Source: a virus
DNA length: 64,000 bases
Virus record (IMG/VR): IMGVR_UViG_3300030104_005063
Coordinates: 1 to 64,000 of that record
Reading direction: 5' to 3' (one strand)
The position numbers and the translations under genes were made by a program. The first letter of the stretch is position 1. Each line of letters opens with the position of its first letter. Below are positions 37,621-47,494 of the stretch, one piece after another. The notes beneath the pieces were generated by a model, which saw only the letters and a list, made by a program, of their open reading frames with translations, had not been told where the DNA came from and did no database searches.

Positions 37621-38972
37621 AACGAAATGTGTTGATGATTGCACCTTTCAATACTCGTAGTGGTTACGGTGACCACGCTCGTTCAATATATTATTCTATT
37701 ATGGATAGAGAAGATTTGGATATAAAGTGTATTGATGTTAAGTGGGGAAATACACCACGAAATCATCTTAAATCAGAAATCCCTAGACATAAAAAGTTGT
37801 TAGACAGTTTTATTGCACATGATAAAGTACAAGGACAACCAGATGTTCTTATTGACATAAGAATACCAAATGAGTTTGCTACTGGCGCTAAACTTAATAT
37901 TGGTATAACCGCTGGTGTTGAAACTGATGTTGTCTCACCTGAATTTTTAGATGGGATGAATCGTATGAACTTTAATATCGTACCATCTCGTTTTACAGCA
38001 GACACATTTAATCGTTGTACTTATGACCGAATGGAAGATTTACCTAATGGTCAAAAAAGAAAGTCTGGTGAAGTTAGAAACGAAAAACCAATTCATGTTT
38101 TGTTTGAAGGAGTGGATACCGATGTATATTATCCTAAACAAAAACATCAGTTAGAGAAAAAATTGTGTAGTGAACTAGATGAACTTATCAAAGAAGATTT
38201 TGCTTATCTTCATGTTGGACAATGGGGACAAGCTAGTTTTGGAGAAGACAGAAAAAACATTGGAATCTTGATAAAGTCTTTCTTAAAGGCATTTGCTAAT
38301 ATTCCTAACCCACCAGCACTTGTTTTAAAAACTAATGGTGCTAATTTTAGTATTCTTGATAGACAAGAGATTAAGAAAAGAATAAATCATGTTAAAGATA
38401 TGTTTGATGGTGTTAATTTACCAAACATTTATTTAATACATGGTGATTTTACTATTGAAGAAATGTCAACACTTTACAACCATCCAAAAATTGGTGCTTT
38501 TATTACTTGTACTCATGGTGAGGGTTATGGCAGACCGATGGCTGAAGCTACTTGTTGTGATTTACCTGTTATTGCCACTAAATGGAGTGGACACATGGAC
38601 TTTCTCACAGACTCAGAATCTATGTTAATTGATGGTTTTTTACAACCTGTACCTAAATCTTCTATTTGGAAGCCGATTATTGTAGAACCATCAAGGTGGT
38701 TTAATGTAAATGAAGCTGATGTGGTTAGAAAGATTAGAACTTTTCATAAGAAAAGAAAACTAATACAAAAGAAAGCCACTCGTTTGGGTAAGAAGAATAG
38801 ACGAGAGAAGTCTTTGAAAGCTATGAAAATTCAATTTAATAAAATATTAGATGAAGCACTAAAATCAATTCCGCAAGCTGTTGGTTTAAAACTGCCTAAA
38901 TTGAAAAAAGTTGGTGGAGACACTTCTAAACCTGCAAAGTTAAAGTTACCTAAATTAAAAAAAGTAACATAA
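37617..38972 (+). CDS. GT4-like (GT-B) glycosyltransferase
   Basis: SGYGDHAR, GVDTDVY, RKNI and HGEGYGRPMAEA...LPVIATKWSG motifs. Confidence 0.88.
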   Translation: MKRNVLMIAPFNTRSGYGDHARSIYYSIMDREDLDIKCIDVKWGNTPRNHLKSEIPRHKKLLDSFIAHDKVQGQPDVLIDIRIPNEFATGAKLNIGITAGVETDVVSPEFLDGMNRMNFNIVPSRFTADTFNRCTYDRMEDLPNGQKRKSGEVRNEKPIHVLFEGVDTDVYYPKQKHQLEKKLCSELDELIKEDFAYLHVGQWGQASFGEDRKNIGILIKSFLKAFANIPNPPALVLKTNGANFSILDRQEIKKRINHVKDMFDGVNLPNIYLIHGDFTIEEMSTLYNHPKIGAFITCTHGEGYGRPMAEATCCDLPVIATKWSGHMDFLTDSESMLIDGFLQPVPKSSIWKPIIVEPSRWFNVNEADVVRKIRTFHKKRKLIQKKATRLGKKNRREKSLKAMKIQFNKILDEALKSIPQAVGLKLPKLKKVGGDTSKPAKLKLPKLKKVT

Positions 38973-39385
38973 TGGAAGATTTCATCCTAAGAGTAAAATG
39001 TCCTATCTGCCTACAAGAAGACGGAGAGAAAAATACATCAGACACTCTTGTATTACTTGGTGATGATGAACAAAATATGCAATGTTTAGGTTGTGGGTAT
39101 GGTTCTAATAACAAAATGAAAACTCATATTCAACCTTTACCTGAAGACTTTAAGGATGTTTGTGTTACGACTGGTGAAGATAGATTTTGGGCACCATCTG
39201 TGTTTACAACAGAAAATTATCAAGTAGTTCCTATGGTTAATAAAAAAGAATTGAAATGGAGAGTGTTTGCTCACACTGATCCTGAGACAGAGGTGGTAGT
39301 TCCGACTTTTGGTGATGCTTTTAAAATGGTAGAGAAAATGGAGAATTTAATTGGCAAGACGATACAACAACAGACGGATAATTAA
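38972..39385 (+). CDS. Hypothetical Zn-binding protein
   Basis: CPIC...CLGCG. Confidence 0.65.
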   Translation: MEDFILRVKCPICLQEDGEKNTSDTLVLLGDDEQNMQCLGCGYGSNNKMKTHIQPLPEDFKDVCVTTGEDRFWAPSVFTTENYQVVPMVNKKELKWRVFAHTDPETEVVVPTFGDAFKMVEKMENLIGKTIQQQTDN

Positions 39386-39809
39386 GTCGATTCAAACAGT
39401 CCCATCTCGTAGGCTAATACCTGGTATGATAGTCACATTTAACTATTCTGAACAAGGTGTTATGGATCCTCGTCCTATTTTACTTTTTTTACATGAAGAC
39501 AGTAAGACAAAAAATATTGAAGGTTTAAATTTAAATTATCTTAACCCAACTAAGTTAAAAAAATTATTCCAAGTAATGGATTTCAAAAAAACTAAGTTGG
39601 ATGAAGTCGAAAATCTAATTAATTTGACTGATGAGTATTTTAGGATTCAGATTTCTAACCCAAAGAAAAGATCTGCAATGTCCACCAAAAGATTTTATAG
39701 TGATGTAATATTATCTGATAAATTTTTTAAAGAAGCATATAGAGCTTATAAAATAGGTAAATTGACCTCACTAAAAGTTACACAAATAAATACTCAATTT
39801 ATTCAATGA
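39351..39809 (+). CDS. DNA end-protector-like protein (T4 gp2-like, tentative)
   Basis: PGMIVTFNY...DPRPILL...GLNLNYL resembles the gp2 core. Confidence 0.45.
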   Translation: MARRYNNRRIIKSIQTVPSRRLIPGMIVTFNYSEQGVMDPRPILLFLHEDSKTKNIEGLNLNYLNPTKLKKLFQVMDFKKTKLDEVENLINLTDEYFRIQISNPKKRSAMSTKRFYSDVILSDKFFKEAYRAYKIGKLTSLKVTQINTQFIQ

Positions 39810-40429
39810 AAATTAGTTACTCAATGTTGGTTCATAATGAAACCGACACTCTTGAAAAATTATTAGAATTTTTAGTAAAGTATAAACAACCACGAGATGA
39901 AATTGTTATATTAGATGATTATTCTGATAACGAAAAGACTAAAATTATATTAGATTATTATTCTTCAGCAGAGGGTGTCGTACTTGAACAAAGAAATCTT
40001 CTAGGTGACTTTGCTACTCAAAAAAACTATCTTAAGAATATGTGTTCTGGTGATTATAGTTTTAATTTAGATGCTGATGAGATAGTAACACATTGGTTTA
40101 TGAAAGATATTCATGAAATATTAAATGGTAATGAGGTTGATTTAATTTTTGTGCCTAGAATAAATACAGTAGAGGGAATTACAGAACAACACATAAGGGG
40201 TTGGGGTTGGCAAGTAAATGAAAAAGGTTGGATAAATTATCCTGATTGGCAAGGTCGTATTTTTCGTAATAGACCAAACATTCGTTGGGAAAAACCAGTT
40301 CATGAACAGCTCATAGGATTTCAAACTTATGCTCACTTACCAATGGAACAAAAATATTCTATTATTCATCCAAAGACCATAGATAGACAAGTGAAACAAA
40401 ATCAAAAATATTCAGAAATTTTAAGATGA
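39806..40429 (+). CDS. GT2 glycosyltransferase
   Basis: HNE, ILDDYS, NLDADE, RIFRN and VHE motifs. Confidence 0.88.
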   Translation: MKISYSMLVHNETDTLEKLLEFLVKYKQPRDEIVILDDYSDNEKTKIILDYYSSAEGVVLEQRNLLGDFATQKNYLKNMCSGDYSFNLDADEIVTHWFMKDIHEILNGNEVDLIFVPRINTVEGITEQHIRGWGWQVNEKGWINYPDWQGRIFRNRPNIRWEKPVHEQLIGFQTYAHLPMEQKYSIIHPKTIDRQVKQNQKYSEILR

Positions 40430-41442
40430 TAAAAATTAAATTACTAGAACTAGACAAACACAGAAATGAAACTACATTTAGACCTTTTCTTTTTGCCGCA
40501 GAATTGTTTAAAGAAGTAGGTATAGAATTTACAAATTCTGATGATTGTGACTACGCGTTTGTAGGTCAAGCTAGTATCATAGATAAAAAGAAACCTTTAA
40601 AAGAATCAATAAATGATGGCTTAGATTTTGTTTCTAAAATTAGTGGAGATTATTTCATAGTTGATGGACAAGACTCTACCACTTTGATAGGAACAATTGA
40701 TGTTTTTCGTGAGTCAAATGCTAAACTATTTTTAAAAAATACATACTTAAAAGATTTTAATTTGTACAAACAAGGTTGGGCTAATGGTAGAATGTATTGG
40801 GGAGAGGGTAATTATTCTGTACCAGACATACACGATTTAGAGCCTAATATGGAGTTAACAGGTTGTAATTGGTTACACACTCTGCAACCAAATTGGTATG
40901 ATTATAATCAAGATAAACCATATGATTTGTCTTGTATGTTTAGTTATCCAACAAAAGAACCAGTTTATGAACATGATTTATGTCAGACAGATTATTATGA
41001 TCCTCACAGAAAAAATTTAATGGACATCTTAGGTGATAAATATAATGTAGCTAAATTAGTAGATGGTGTAAGATTACCACCACAAGAGTATTATAAAAAA
41101 ATGTTCAACTCTAAGATTATTTTAGCACCAATTGGTTATGGTGAAATGGCACCTAGAGACTTAGAATCTGCTATGTTTGGTTCAGTATTGATGAAGCCTG
41201 ATATGAGTTATATTGATTCCAAACCTTTTATATATGAAGATGATGAGACATATATTGCTGTAAATTATGATTGGTCTAATCTTGAAGAGAAGATAGACTA
41301 TGTGTTATCAGATTATAGTAACATTAGAGAAAAACTCGTCCAAAATATGAGAAAAAAATATCATGAGAAGTATGATTTAAAAAATTTAGTGTTGCATATT
41401 TATGATATTTTTAGTAGATTAGATGAGGTAGAAACATCATGA
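40426..41442 (+). CDS. GT-B-like glycosyltransferase (paralog of 58178)
   Basis: SKIILAPIGYGEMAPRDLE..MFGSVLMKPDMS. Confidence 0.7.
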   Translation: MIKIKLLELDKHRNETTFRPFLFAAELFKEVGIEFTNSDDCDYAFVGQASIIDKKKPLKESINDGLDFVSKISGDYFIVDGQDSTTLIGTIDVFRESNAKLFLKNTYLKDFNLYKQGWANGRMYWGEGNYSVPDIHDLEPNMELTGCNWLHTLQPNWYDYNQDKPYDLSCMFSYPTKEPVYEHDLCQTDYYDPHRKNLMDILGDKYNVAKLVDGVRLPPQEYYKKMFNSKIILAPIGYGEMAPRDLESAMFGSVLMKPDMSYIDSKPFIYEDDETYIAVNYDWSNLEEKIDYVLSDYSNIREKLVQNMRKKYHEKYDLKNLVLHIYDIFSRLDEVETS

Positions 41443-42449
41443 AATTTGGTTTAATAACAGACGACACAGCAATAAATTCTTATTACATAAAAGATGGAAC
41501 TGCTTTTGGTTATCATAATGATGAACCATACATTTACCACCATGCTTTTTCACCTGAGTGTTTTGTTGCTATGATGAACTTACCATTTTTATTTGATTTT
41601 GGGTGTTATATAAATTGGATAGAGTGGCAAGACAAAGAGCTACCAGATTATGATTTGGATTTAATACTTTATGACAATGGAAAAATTGGACTTGAAGAGA
41701 AATATTATGATGACTACAAAGTAGATATATTGAGAGAAAAATACCCTAATGCTAAAATAATGGGTTGGATAAAAGAGGTAAATGTAAAAACACACAGACT
41801 TGAAAACAGAGTTAAGTTTTTAAATGATTGCGACTCTGTGATAACATCAGGTATATCAGATAATTTTAAGAATTTGGATATGTTTAAATATTTGAAATCA
41901 GTTGTTGATAAAGATTTTTATTTTATATCACAACCTGTAAATGTAAATTATTTATTTGATAATTTTTATTCCGAAGAAAAAGAAAATGTTATTTGGGCAT
42001 ATTTACCTAATCCAATGTATAGGAGAGGTAGAACTTATGAGTTTACAAATTATCTTGGTGAAAAATATGGTGTTGAAGTTAGAAGAAAACCACTTCAACC
42101 AGGTCAAAAGTTTGACCATATTAGTCAATGGGATTTTATAGAAATGTGGTCAAAATGTGCTTATCATTTTAACATGGATCCTTCTGATATTCATCCAGGT
42201 AATCAAGTTATGCAAACCGCTGCTGTAGGGTGTATAAATTTTGGTGGATTTAATGAATCTCATAGTATATTATATCCGAAAACAGCAACTTGTGATGAAA
42301 AAATTTTAGAAGAAAAATTTGTAGAATATTTAAATAATGAAAATAAAAGATTTGAAGCAATACAGTACGCTTGGGATAAAGTAAATGAGGTGTATGGTTT
42401 TAAATCAGTTGTAAATCAAATAAATCAAATATATGGAGAACTTGGATGA
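41439..42449 (+). CDS. Putative GT-B glycosyltransferase
   Basis: Glycan-island context; C-terminal FNMDP...PG.QVMQTAAVG segment is reminiscent of a GT-B donor domain. Confidence 0.45.
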   Translation: MKFGLITDDTAINSYYIKDGTAFGYHNDEPYIYHHAFSPECFVAMMNLPFLFDFGCYINWIEWQDKELPDYDLDLILYDNGKIGLEEKYYDDYKVDILREKYPNAKIMGWIKEVNVKTHRLENRVKFLNDCDSVITSGISDNFKNLDMFKYLKSVVDKDFYFISQPVNVNYLFDNFYSEEKENVIWAYLPNPMYRRGRTYEFTNYLGEKYGVEVRRKPLQPGQKFDHISQWDFIEMWSKCAYHFNMDPSDIHPGNQVMQTAAVGCINFGGFNESHSILYPKTATCDEKILEEKFVEYLNNENKRFEAIQYAWDKVNEVYGFKSVVNQINQIYGELG

Positions 42450-43324
42450 AAGTTTTAGTAACAGGTGGTGTTGGGTTTATAGGCACTAATTTAATAAAAA
42501 GATTATTAGACGATGGACATAAAGTTGTTAGCTTAGATAACTATTCCACAGGAATAAAAGAAAATGAGTTACAACAAAAAGGAGTTCAGTACTTTGATGT
42601 TGATTTAAGATATGTACATGATTATGATTTTTTTATGGATAAACCTGACATTATTTTTCATATCGCTGCACTTGCTAGAATACAACCATCAATGGAAGAT
42701 CCGACAACATCTATTCAAAATAATTTTGATAGTACACTTAACATATTAGAGTGGGCTAGAGCTAAAAAATGTCCTGTTATTTTTGCTGGTTCAAGTTCTT
42801 TTCATCAAGGGTTGTGGGACAGTCCTTACGCGTGGTCTAAATTTGCTGGAGAACAACTTTGTGAACTATATAATAAAGTGTATGATTTACCAACCACCGT
42901 TTGTAGGTTTTATAATGTATACGGTCCACATCAAATAGAAGGTGGTGATTATGCTGCTGTAATTGGTATTTTTGAAAGACAATATAAAAACAATGAATCA
43001 CTAACCATTACAGGTGATGGGGAACAGAGAAGAGATTTTACTCATGTGGATGATATTGTCGATGGTTTAGTCAAGTGCGGTGAAATGATTGTTACAGATC
43101 GTGGTTATGAAATTAGTGGTGAGGAGTTTGAACTCGGAAGAGGAATTAACTTTTCAATTAATGAAATAGCAAATATGTTTGGGGAGGACTATTCAAAGGA
43201 ATATATCGATGCTAGACCTGGAGAATATGAAATGACATTATGTACTGATGATAAAGCTAAAAAATTATTAAATTGGGATGCAAAAATTAACATTGATGAT
43301 TACATCGAGGGAGTTATAAAATGA
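42446..43324 (+). CDS. NAD-dependent sugar epimerase/dehydratase
   Basis: TGGVGFIG, SPYAWSK, RFYNVYGP and GDGEQRRDFTHV motifs. Confidence 0.92.
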   Translation: MKVLVTGGVGFIGTNLIKRLLDDGHKVVSLDNYSTGIKENELQQKGVQYFDVDLRYVHDYDFFMDKPDIIFHIAALARIQPSMEDPTTSIQNNFDSTLNILEWARAKKCPVIFAGSSSFHQGLWDSPYAWSKFAGEQLCELYNKVYDLPTTVCRFYNVYGPHQIEGGDYAAVIGIFERQYKNNESLTITGDGEQRRDFTHVDDIVDGLVKCGEMIVTDRGYEISGEEFELGRGINFSINEIANMFGEDYSKEYIDARPGEYEMTLCTDDKAKKLLNWDAKINIDDYIEGVIK

Positions 43325-43953
43325 GTGTTAGAATACCAAAACATCTTGAGAAAAAAAGAGATGTTACAATTACAAAAGAAGAGCTCATTGAGTTTGAAAC
43401 TGAAGTGAAAAATAGATATGAAGCTGGAGAGGTAAAAGCACCAATTCATTTAGCAAAAGATAATGAAGATGAACTCATCGAAATTTTTCAGTACATAGGT
43501 TTAAACGATTGGGTGTTTCAGGCTTGGAGAAATCATTACCATGCTTTACTACATGGTTTTGATAGACAACAATTAATGGACGACATTGTTGAAGGTAGAA
43601 GTATGGCTACAAGTAGTAATGTTAACAAGTTTTATTCTTCTGCAATAGTAGGAGGTGTAATACCAATTGCTCTCGGTGCTGCCATGGCATTGAAGAGAAA
43701 CAATTCAGATGATAAGGTTTGGTGTTTTGTTGGGGATATGACTTTTGAAACTGGTGTTTTTTACGAATCATATAAATATGCCCAAAACTTTGAATTACCA
43801 ATTCAGTTTGTAGTTGAGGATAATAATTTAAGTGTCCACACACCAACTGATGCTGCTTGGGGTATCAGACAAGAAGTGCCAGATGATGTTGTGTACTATA
43901 GATATGAAAATGGATATCCACACCACGGTACTGGTGCTTGGGTTAACTTTTAA
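43321..43953 (+). CDS. TPP-dependent enzyme, E1-alpha-like subunit
   Basis: HLA...E, WRNHYHAL, SAIVGG and the TPP motif GDM....G...E...FVVEDNN. Confidence 0.85.
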   Translation: MSVRIPKHLEKKRDVTITKEELIEFETEVKNRYEAGEVKAPIHLAKDNEDELIEIFQYIGLNDWVFQAWRNHYHALLHGFDRQQLMDDIVEGRSMATSSNVNKFYSSAIVGGVIPIALGAAMALKRNNSDDKVWCFVGDMTFETGVFYESYKYAQNFELPIQFVVEDNNLSVHTPTDAAWGIRQEVPDDVVYYRYENGYPHHGTGAWVNF

Positions 43954-43962
43954 GGGGTTATC

Positions 43963-44493
43963 ATGAAATATAAAGATGAATTAATTAGGTCAATGAAATG
44001 GCTTGGTGAAAAAGAAAACACATTATTTTTAGGTCAAGCTACAGCATTTAGTGGTCACGCTATTTCTGGTACTTTAACTGAAGTTCCTAAAGACAGACTA
44101 ATTGAGTTACCTGTAATGGAAGAAGTTCAAATGGGTATGTGTGCTGGTCTTTCACTTGAAGGGTATGTACCAATATCAATATATCCAAGATTTAACTTTA
44201 TGATGTTAGCAATAAATCAGTTAGTTAATCATATTGATAAAATGAAAAAAATGAGTAAGAACATGTTAGTTCCGAAAGTGATTGTTAGAGTTGCCGTTGG
44301 TGCTAGAAAACCATTAGATGGTGGAGAACAACACACTCAAGATTTTACTAAATCAATAGAATGTATGTTAACCGATACAACTTTAGTTGAGTTAACGGAG
44401 CCAGAACAAGTATTTGACACTTTTGTTGATGCTTATAATAGAAATGGCTCTACTGTAATTGTTGAGTGGGGAGATTTTTATAGTGAAAAATAA
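43963..44493 (+). CDS. TPP-dependent enzyme, E1-beta/transketolase pyrimidine-binding subunit
   Basis: FLGQ, ELPVMEEVQMGMCAGLSLEG.P, NQLVNH and QHTQD motifs. Confidence 0.85.
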   Translation: MKYKDELIRSMKWLGEKENTLFLGQATAFSGHAISGTLTEVPKDRLIELPVMEEVQMGMCAGLSLEGYVPISIYPRFNFMMLAINQLVNHIDKMKKMSKNMLVPKVIVRVAVGARKPLDGGEQHTQDFTKSIECMLTDTTLVELTEPEQVFDTFVDAYNRNGSTVIVEWGDFYSEK

Positions 44494-45652
44494 GTTCAAG
44501 TGGCAACTGATAAATGATAGTATCACAGATGGTGACAAAAAAGCATTAACAGATTTTATCAATACACCCAATCAAAGGTTTACAAATGGTCCTAAGGTTA
44601 AAGAGTTTGAAAAAGCTTGGTCTGAATATGTGGGATGTGATTTTAGTGTATTTGTAAACTCAGGTGCCTCAGCTAACTATGTTATGGCTTCAATCATGAA
44701 AGAAGAGAAGGGAGTTGGTGAGGTTATTGTGTCTCCATTGGGATGGGTTTCTGATGTATCTCCGTTAGTTAACTTGGGATTTACTCCTGTATTTGTTGAT
44801 GTCAGTATGGAGAATATGTCTATAACTCTTGATAATATCAAGGCTGCCGTTACAGATAAAACAGTTGGTGTTTCTTTAGTTCATGTTCTTGGGTTTGCTG
44901 CTGTTACAGACGAGATGGTAAAGTTCTGTGAAGATAACGATTTATTTTTTATAGAGGACTGTTGTGAATCTCATGGTGCTACTTACAAGGGAACAAAAGT
45001 TGGTAACTTTGGTAATGTATCTAACTTTTCTTTTTATTTTGGTCATCATATCACTACAATTGAGGGTGGTATGGTTTGTACAAATGATGAAAAGTTATAT
45101 GATTATGCTAAATTGTTTAGGTCACATGGAATGACGAGAGAAGCGTCAAGTCAAGTCCAAGAGCAATATGAAAGAACCAGACCTGATTTAAATCCATTAT
45201 TTACTTTTGCTGTTCCTGGTTACAACATGAGAAACCAAGAGTTAAACGCTGTCTTAGGATTAGAACAATTAAAAAGACTTAACTATAATTGTGATAAAAG
45301 ACGAGACAACTTTAAGACTTGGGTTGAGTCATTAGATTCAGATAAATTTTTCATTGACTTTCATCAAAATGGAAATAGTAATTTTGCATTACCATTAGTT
45401 TTAAAAGAAAAAGACTTGGAATTGTTTGAAAGATGTTGTATATTATTGAATAACGAAAAAGTAGAATATCGCATTGGAACTGCAGGTGGTGGTAATCAGG
45501 CAAGACAACCTTACTTGGACAAGTATGATTTCGTCAAACATGACTTATCAAATGTAGACCACATACATGATTTTGGGTTATATATTGGCAATCATCCAGA
45601 GTTAGTAGAAAAAGATATTATTAATTTATGTGAGGAATTAAATAGGTTATGA
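44483..45652 (+). CDS. PLP-dependent GDP-4-keto-6-deoxymannose 3-dehydratase (ColD-like)
   Basis: DegT fold (VNSGASAN, IEDCCESHGA) with His in place of the Schiff-base Lys (SFYFGHHITTIEGG) and no Fe-S Cys cluster. Confidence 0.8.
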   Translation: MKNKFKWQLINDSITDGDKKALTDFINTPNQRFTNGPKVKEFEKAWSEYVGCDFSVFVNSGASANYVMASIMKEEKGVGEVIVSPLGWVSDVSPLVNLGFTPVFVDVSMENMSITLDNIKAAVTDKTVGVSLVHVLGFAAVTDEMVKFCEDNDLFFIEDCCESHGATYKGTKVGNFGNVSNFSFYFGHHITTIEGGMVCTNDEKLYDYAKLFRSHGMTREASSQVQEQYERTRPDLNPLFTFAVPGYNMRNQELNAVLGLEQLKRLNYNCDKRRDNFKTWVESLDSDKFFIDFHQNGNSNFALPLVLKEKDLELFERCCILLNNEKVEYRIGTAGGGNQARQPYLDKYDFVKHDLSNVDHIHDFGLYIGNHPELVEKDIINLCEELNRL

Positions 45653-46557
45653 TTGATTTAAACAATAAAAACATATTAGTTACTGGAGCCAATGGGATGA
45701 TTGGTAAAGAACTAGTTAGAATATTAAAGAAAGAGTATCAGCCAAGATACATAAGTGAAGTTGATTTACCAGAGTACGATTTAAGAGAACGAATTGATTG
45801 TGAAACCATATGTGACGGTCAAGAAATAGTTTTTCATTTAGCTGGTATAAAAGGTTCACCTCAGAGGTGTATGGAGGCACCAGCCTCATTTAGTGTTCCT
45901 ATGATTCAGTTCAACGCCAACATGATTGAAGCATCATACAATGCAGGTGTAGATTGGTTTCTTTACACTAGTTCGGTTGGAGTATATCATCCAGCAGAAG
46001 TATTTGTGGAAGACCATGTATGGGGTACACTTCCAAGTGAAAACGATTGGTATGCGGGTTGGGCAAAAAGAATCGGTGAAATGAATGTTGAAGCTTATAT
46101 GAAACAATATGATTGGAATAAATGCTCAATAGTAAGACCAGCAAATGTATATGGTCCTAATGATAATTTTGGTAAGTGGTCAATGGTCGTACCATCATTA
46201 ATTAAAAAAGCCATGGAGAATGATACTTTATCAGTATGGGGTGATGGTTCACCGATAAGAGATTTAATATATGCTGAAGATGTTGCTCGTGGTATGATAC
46301 ACATGGTAGAAAACCAAGTTACCCAACCAGTTAATCTTGGTAGTGGTACAGGAGTTACTGTAAAAGAAGTAGCAGACATTGTAGCTGGATATTTTAACAA
46401 AAAAATAGAATGGGATACTAGTAAACCTATGGGTGATATGAAAAGATTGATGAGTACGAAGAGAGCAGAGAGTCATGGTTTTACACCTAAAGTTAGTTTA
46501 GAACAAGGTATAATAAAAACAATACAATGGTACAAGGAGAATAAAGATGTTTTATAA
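45649..46557 (+). CDS. GDP-fucose/colitose synthase-like epimerase-reductase
   Basis: TGANGMIG, YAGWAKR, RPANVYGP.DNF and VWGDGSPIRD motifs. Confidence 0.8.
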   Translation: MIDLNNKNILVTGANGMIGKELVRILKKEYQPRYISEVDLPEYDLRERIDCETICDGQEIVFHLAGIKGSPQRCMEAPASFSVPMIQFNANMIEASYNAGVDWFLYTSSVGVYHPAEVFVEDHVWGTLPSENDWYAGWAKRIGEMNVEAYMKQYDWNKCSIVRPANVYGPNDNFGKWSMVVPSLIKKAMENDTLSVWGDGSPIRDLIYAEDVARGMIHMVENQVTQPVNLGSGTGVTVKEVADIVAGYFNKKIEWDTSKPMGDMKRLMSTKRAESHGFTPKVSLEQGIIKTIQWYKENKDVL

Positions 46558-47494
46558 AAATAAAAAAGTGTTAGTAACTGGTGCTGGTGGTTTACTTGGT
46601 TCACAAGTAGCAAAGATGTTAGTTGAACAAGGTGCTATTGTTAGAGCTAGTTACAGAGGTAGAGAAGTTCCGAGTTGGGTTGGAGATGTTGAGTCTGTAA
46701 AGGCAGACTTTATGAACATTGAAGATGTTAAGAAGTGTGTTAAAGATATGGATATAGTTTTTGTTTGTTCTGCTAACACATCAGGTGCTGGAGTTATGGC
46801 TCATGATCCACTACAACATGTAACACCTAATTTGATTATGAACTCTACATTAATGGAAGAGTCTTACAGAGCTGGAGTAGAGAGATTTTTCTTTGTTAGT
46901 AGTGCAACAACCTATCCACCAGCGGACTACCCAATAAAAGAGGACGAAGTTTATAATGGAGAACCTTACAAAACTTATTTTGGTGTTGGTTGGATGAAAA
47001 GATACACCGAGATACTTGGTCAATTTTATCAAAGAAACGAAATGATGAAAATAGCCACAGTTAGACCAGCGAATATATACGGTATTCAAGGTGACTTTAC
47101 TGATGAGACTGGTCATGTCTTACCTGCTTTAATAAGAAGAGCTCTAGAAAAACAAACACCTTACATGGTTTGGGGTAATCCAGATGTAGTTAGAGACTTC
47201 ACACACTCAGTAGATATGGCTCGTGCTTGTTTGGATGTGGTTGAACACTACGCTGTTTGTGATCCTATCAATATCGCTTCTGGTAATTTAGTTACTATAG
47301 GAGAGAGTGTTGATTTGATATTAAAGTGTGCAGGTCATGATGTCACACCAGAGTATGATGAAAGTAAACCTGTCACCATTCAATATAGAGCATTAGATAC
47401 TACAAAAGCTAAAGAGGTGATTGGTTATGAGCCAACCATACCTTTTGAAGATGGTATACAAGAAACTGTAAATTGGATTAGGGAGAATATGTAG
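46547..47494 (+). CDS. Second GDP-fucose synthase-like SDR
   Basis: TGAGGLLG, GWMKRY, RPANIYG, HVLPALIRR and VWG....RDF motifs. Confidence 0.8.
   Translation: MFYKNKKVLVTGAGGLLGSQVAKMLVEQGAIVRASYRGREVPSWVGDVESVKADFMNIEDVKKCVKDMDIVFVCSANTSGAGVMAHDPLQHVTPNLIMNSTLMEESYRAGVERFFFVSSATTYPPADYPIKEDEVYNGEPYKTYFGVGWMKRYTEILGQFYQRNEMMKIATVRPANIYGIQGDFTDETGHVLPALIRRALEKQTPYMVWGNPDVVRDFTHSVDMARACLDVVEHYAVCDPINIASGNLVTIGESVDLILKCAGHDVTPEYDESKPVTIQYRALDTTKAKEVIGYEPTIPFEDGIQETVNWIRENM

Noticed and set aside
43321-44493. Pyruvate dehydrogenase auxiliary metabolic genes
   Set aside because: Subunits are truncated, there is no E2/E3, and they are embedded among deoxysugar genes; sugar branching is the better explanation.
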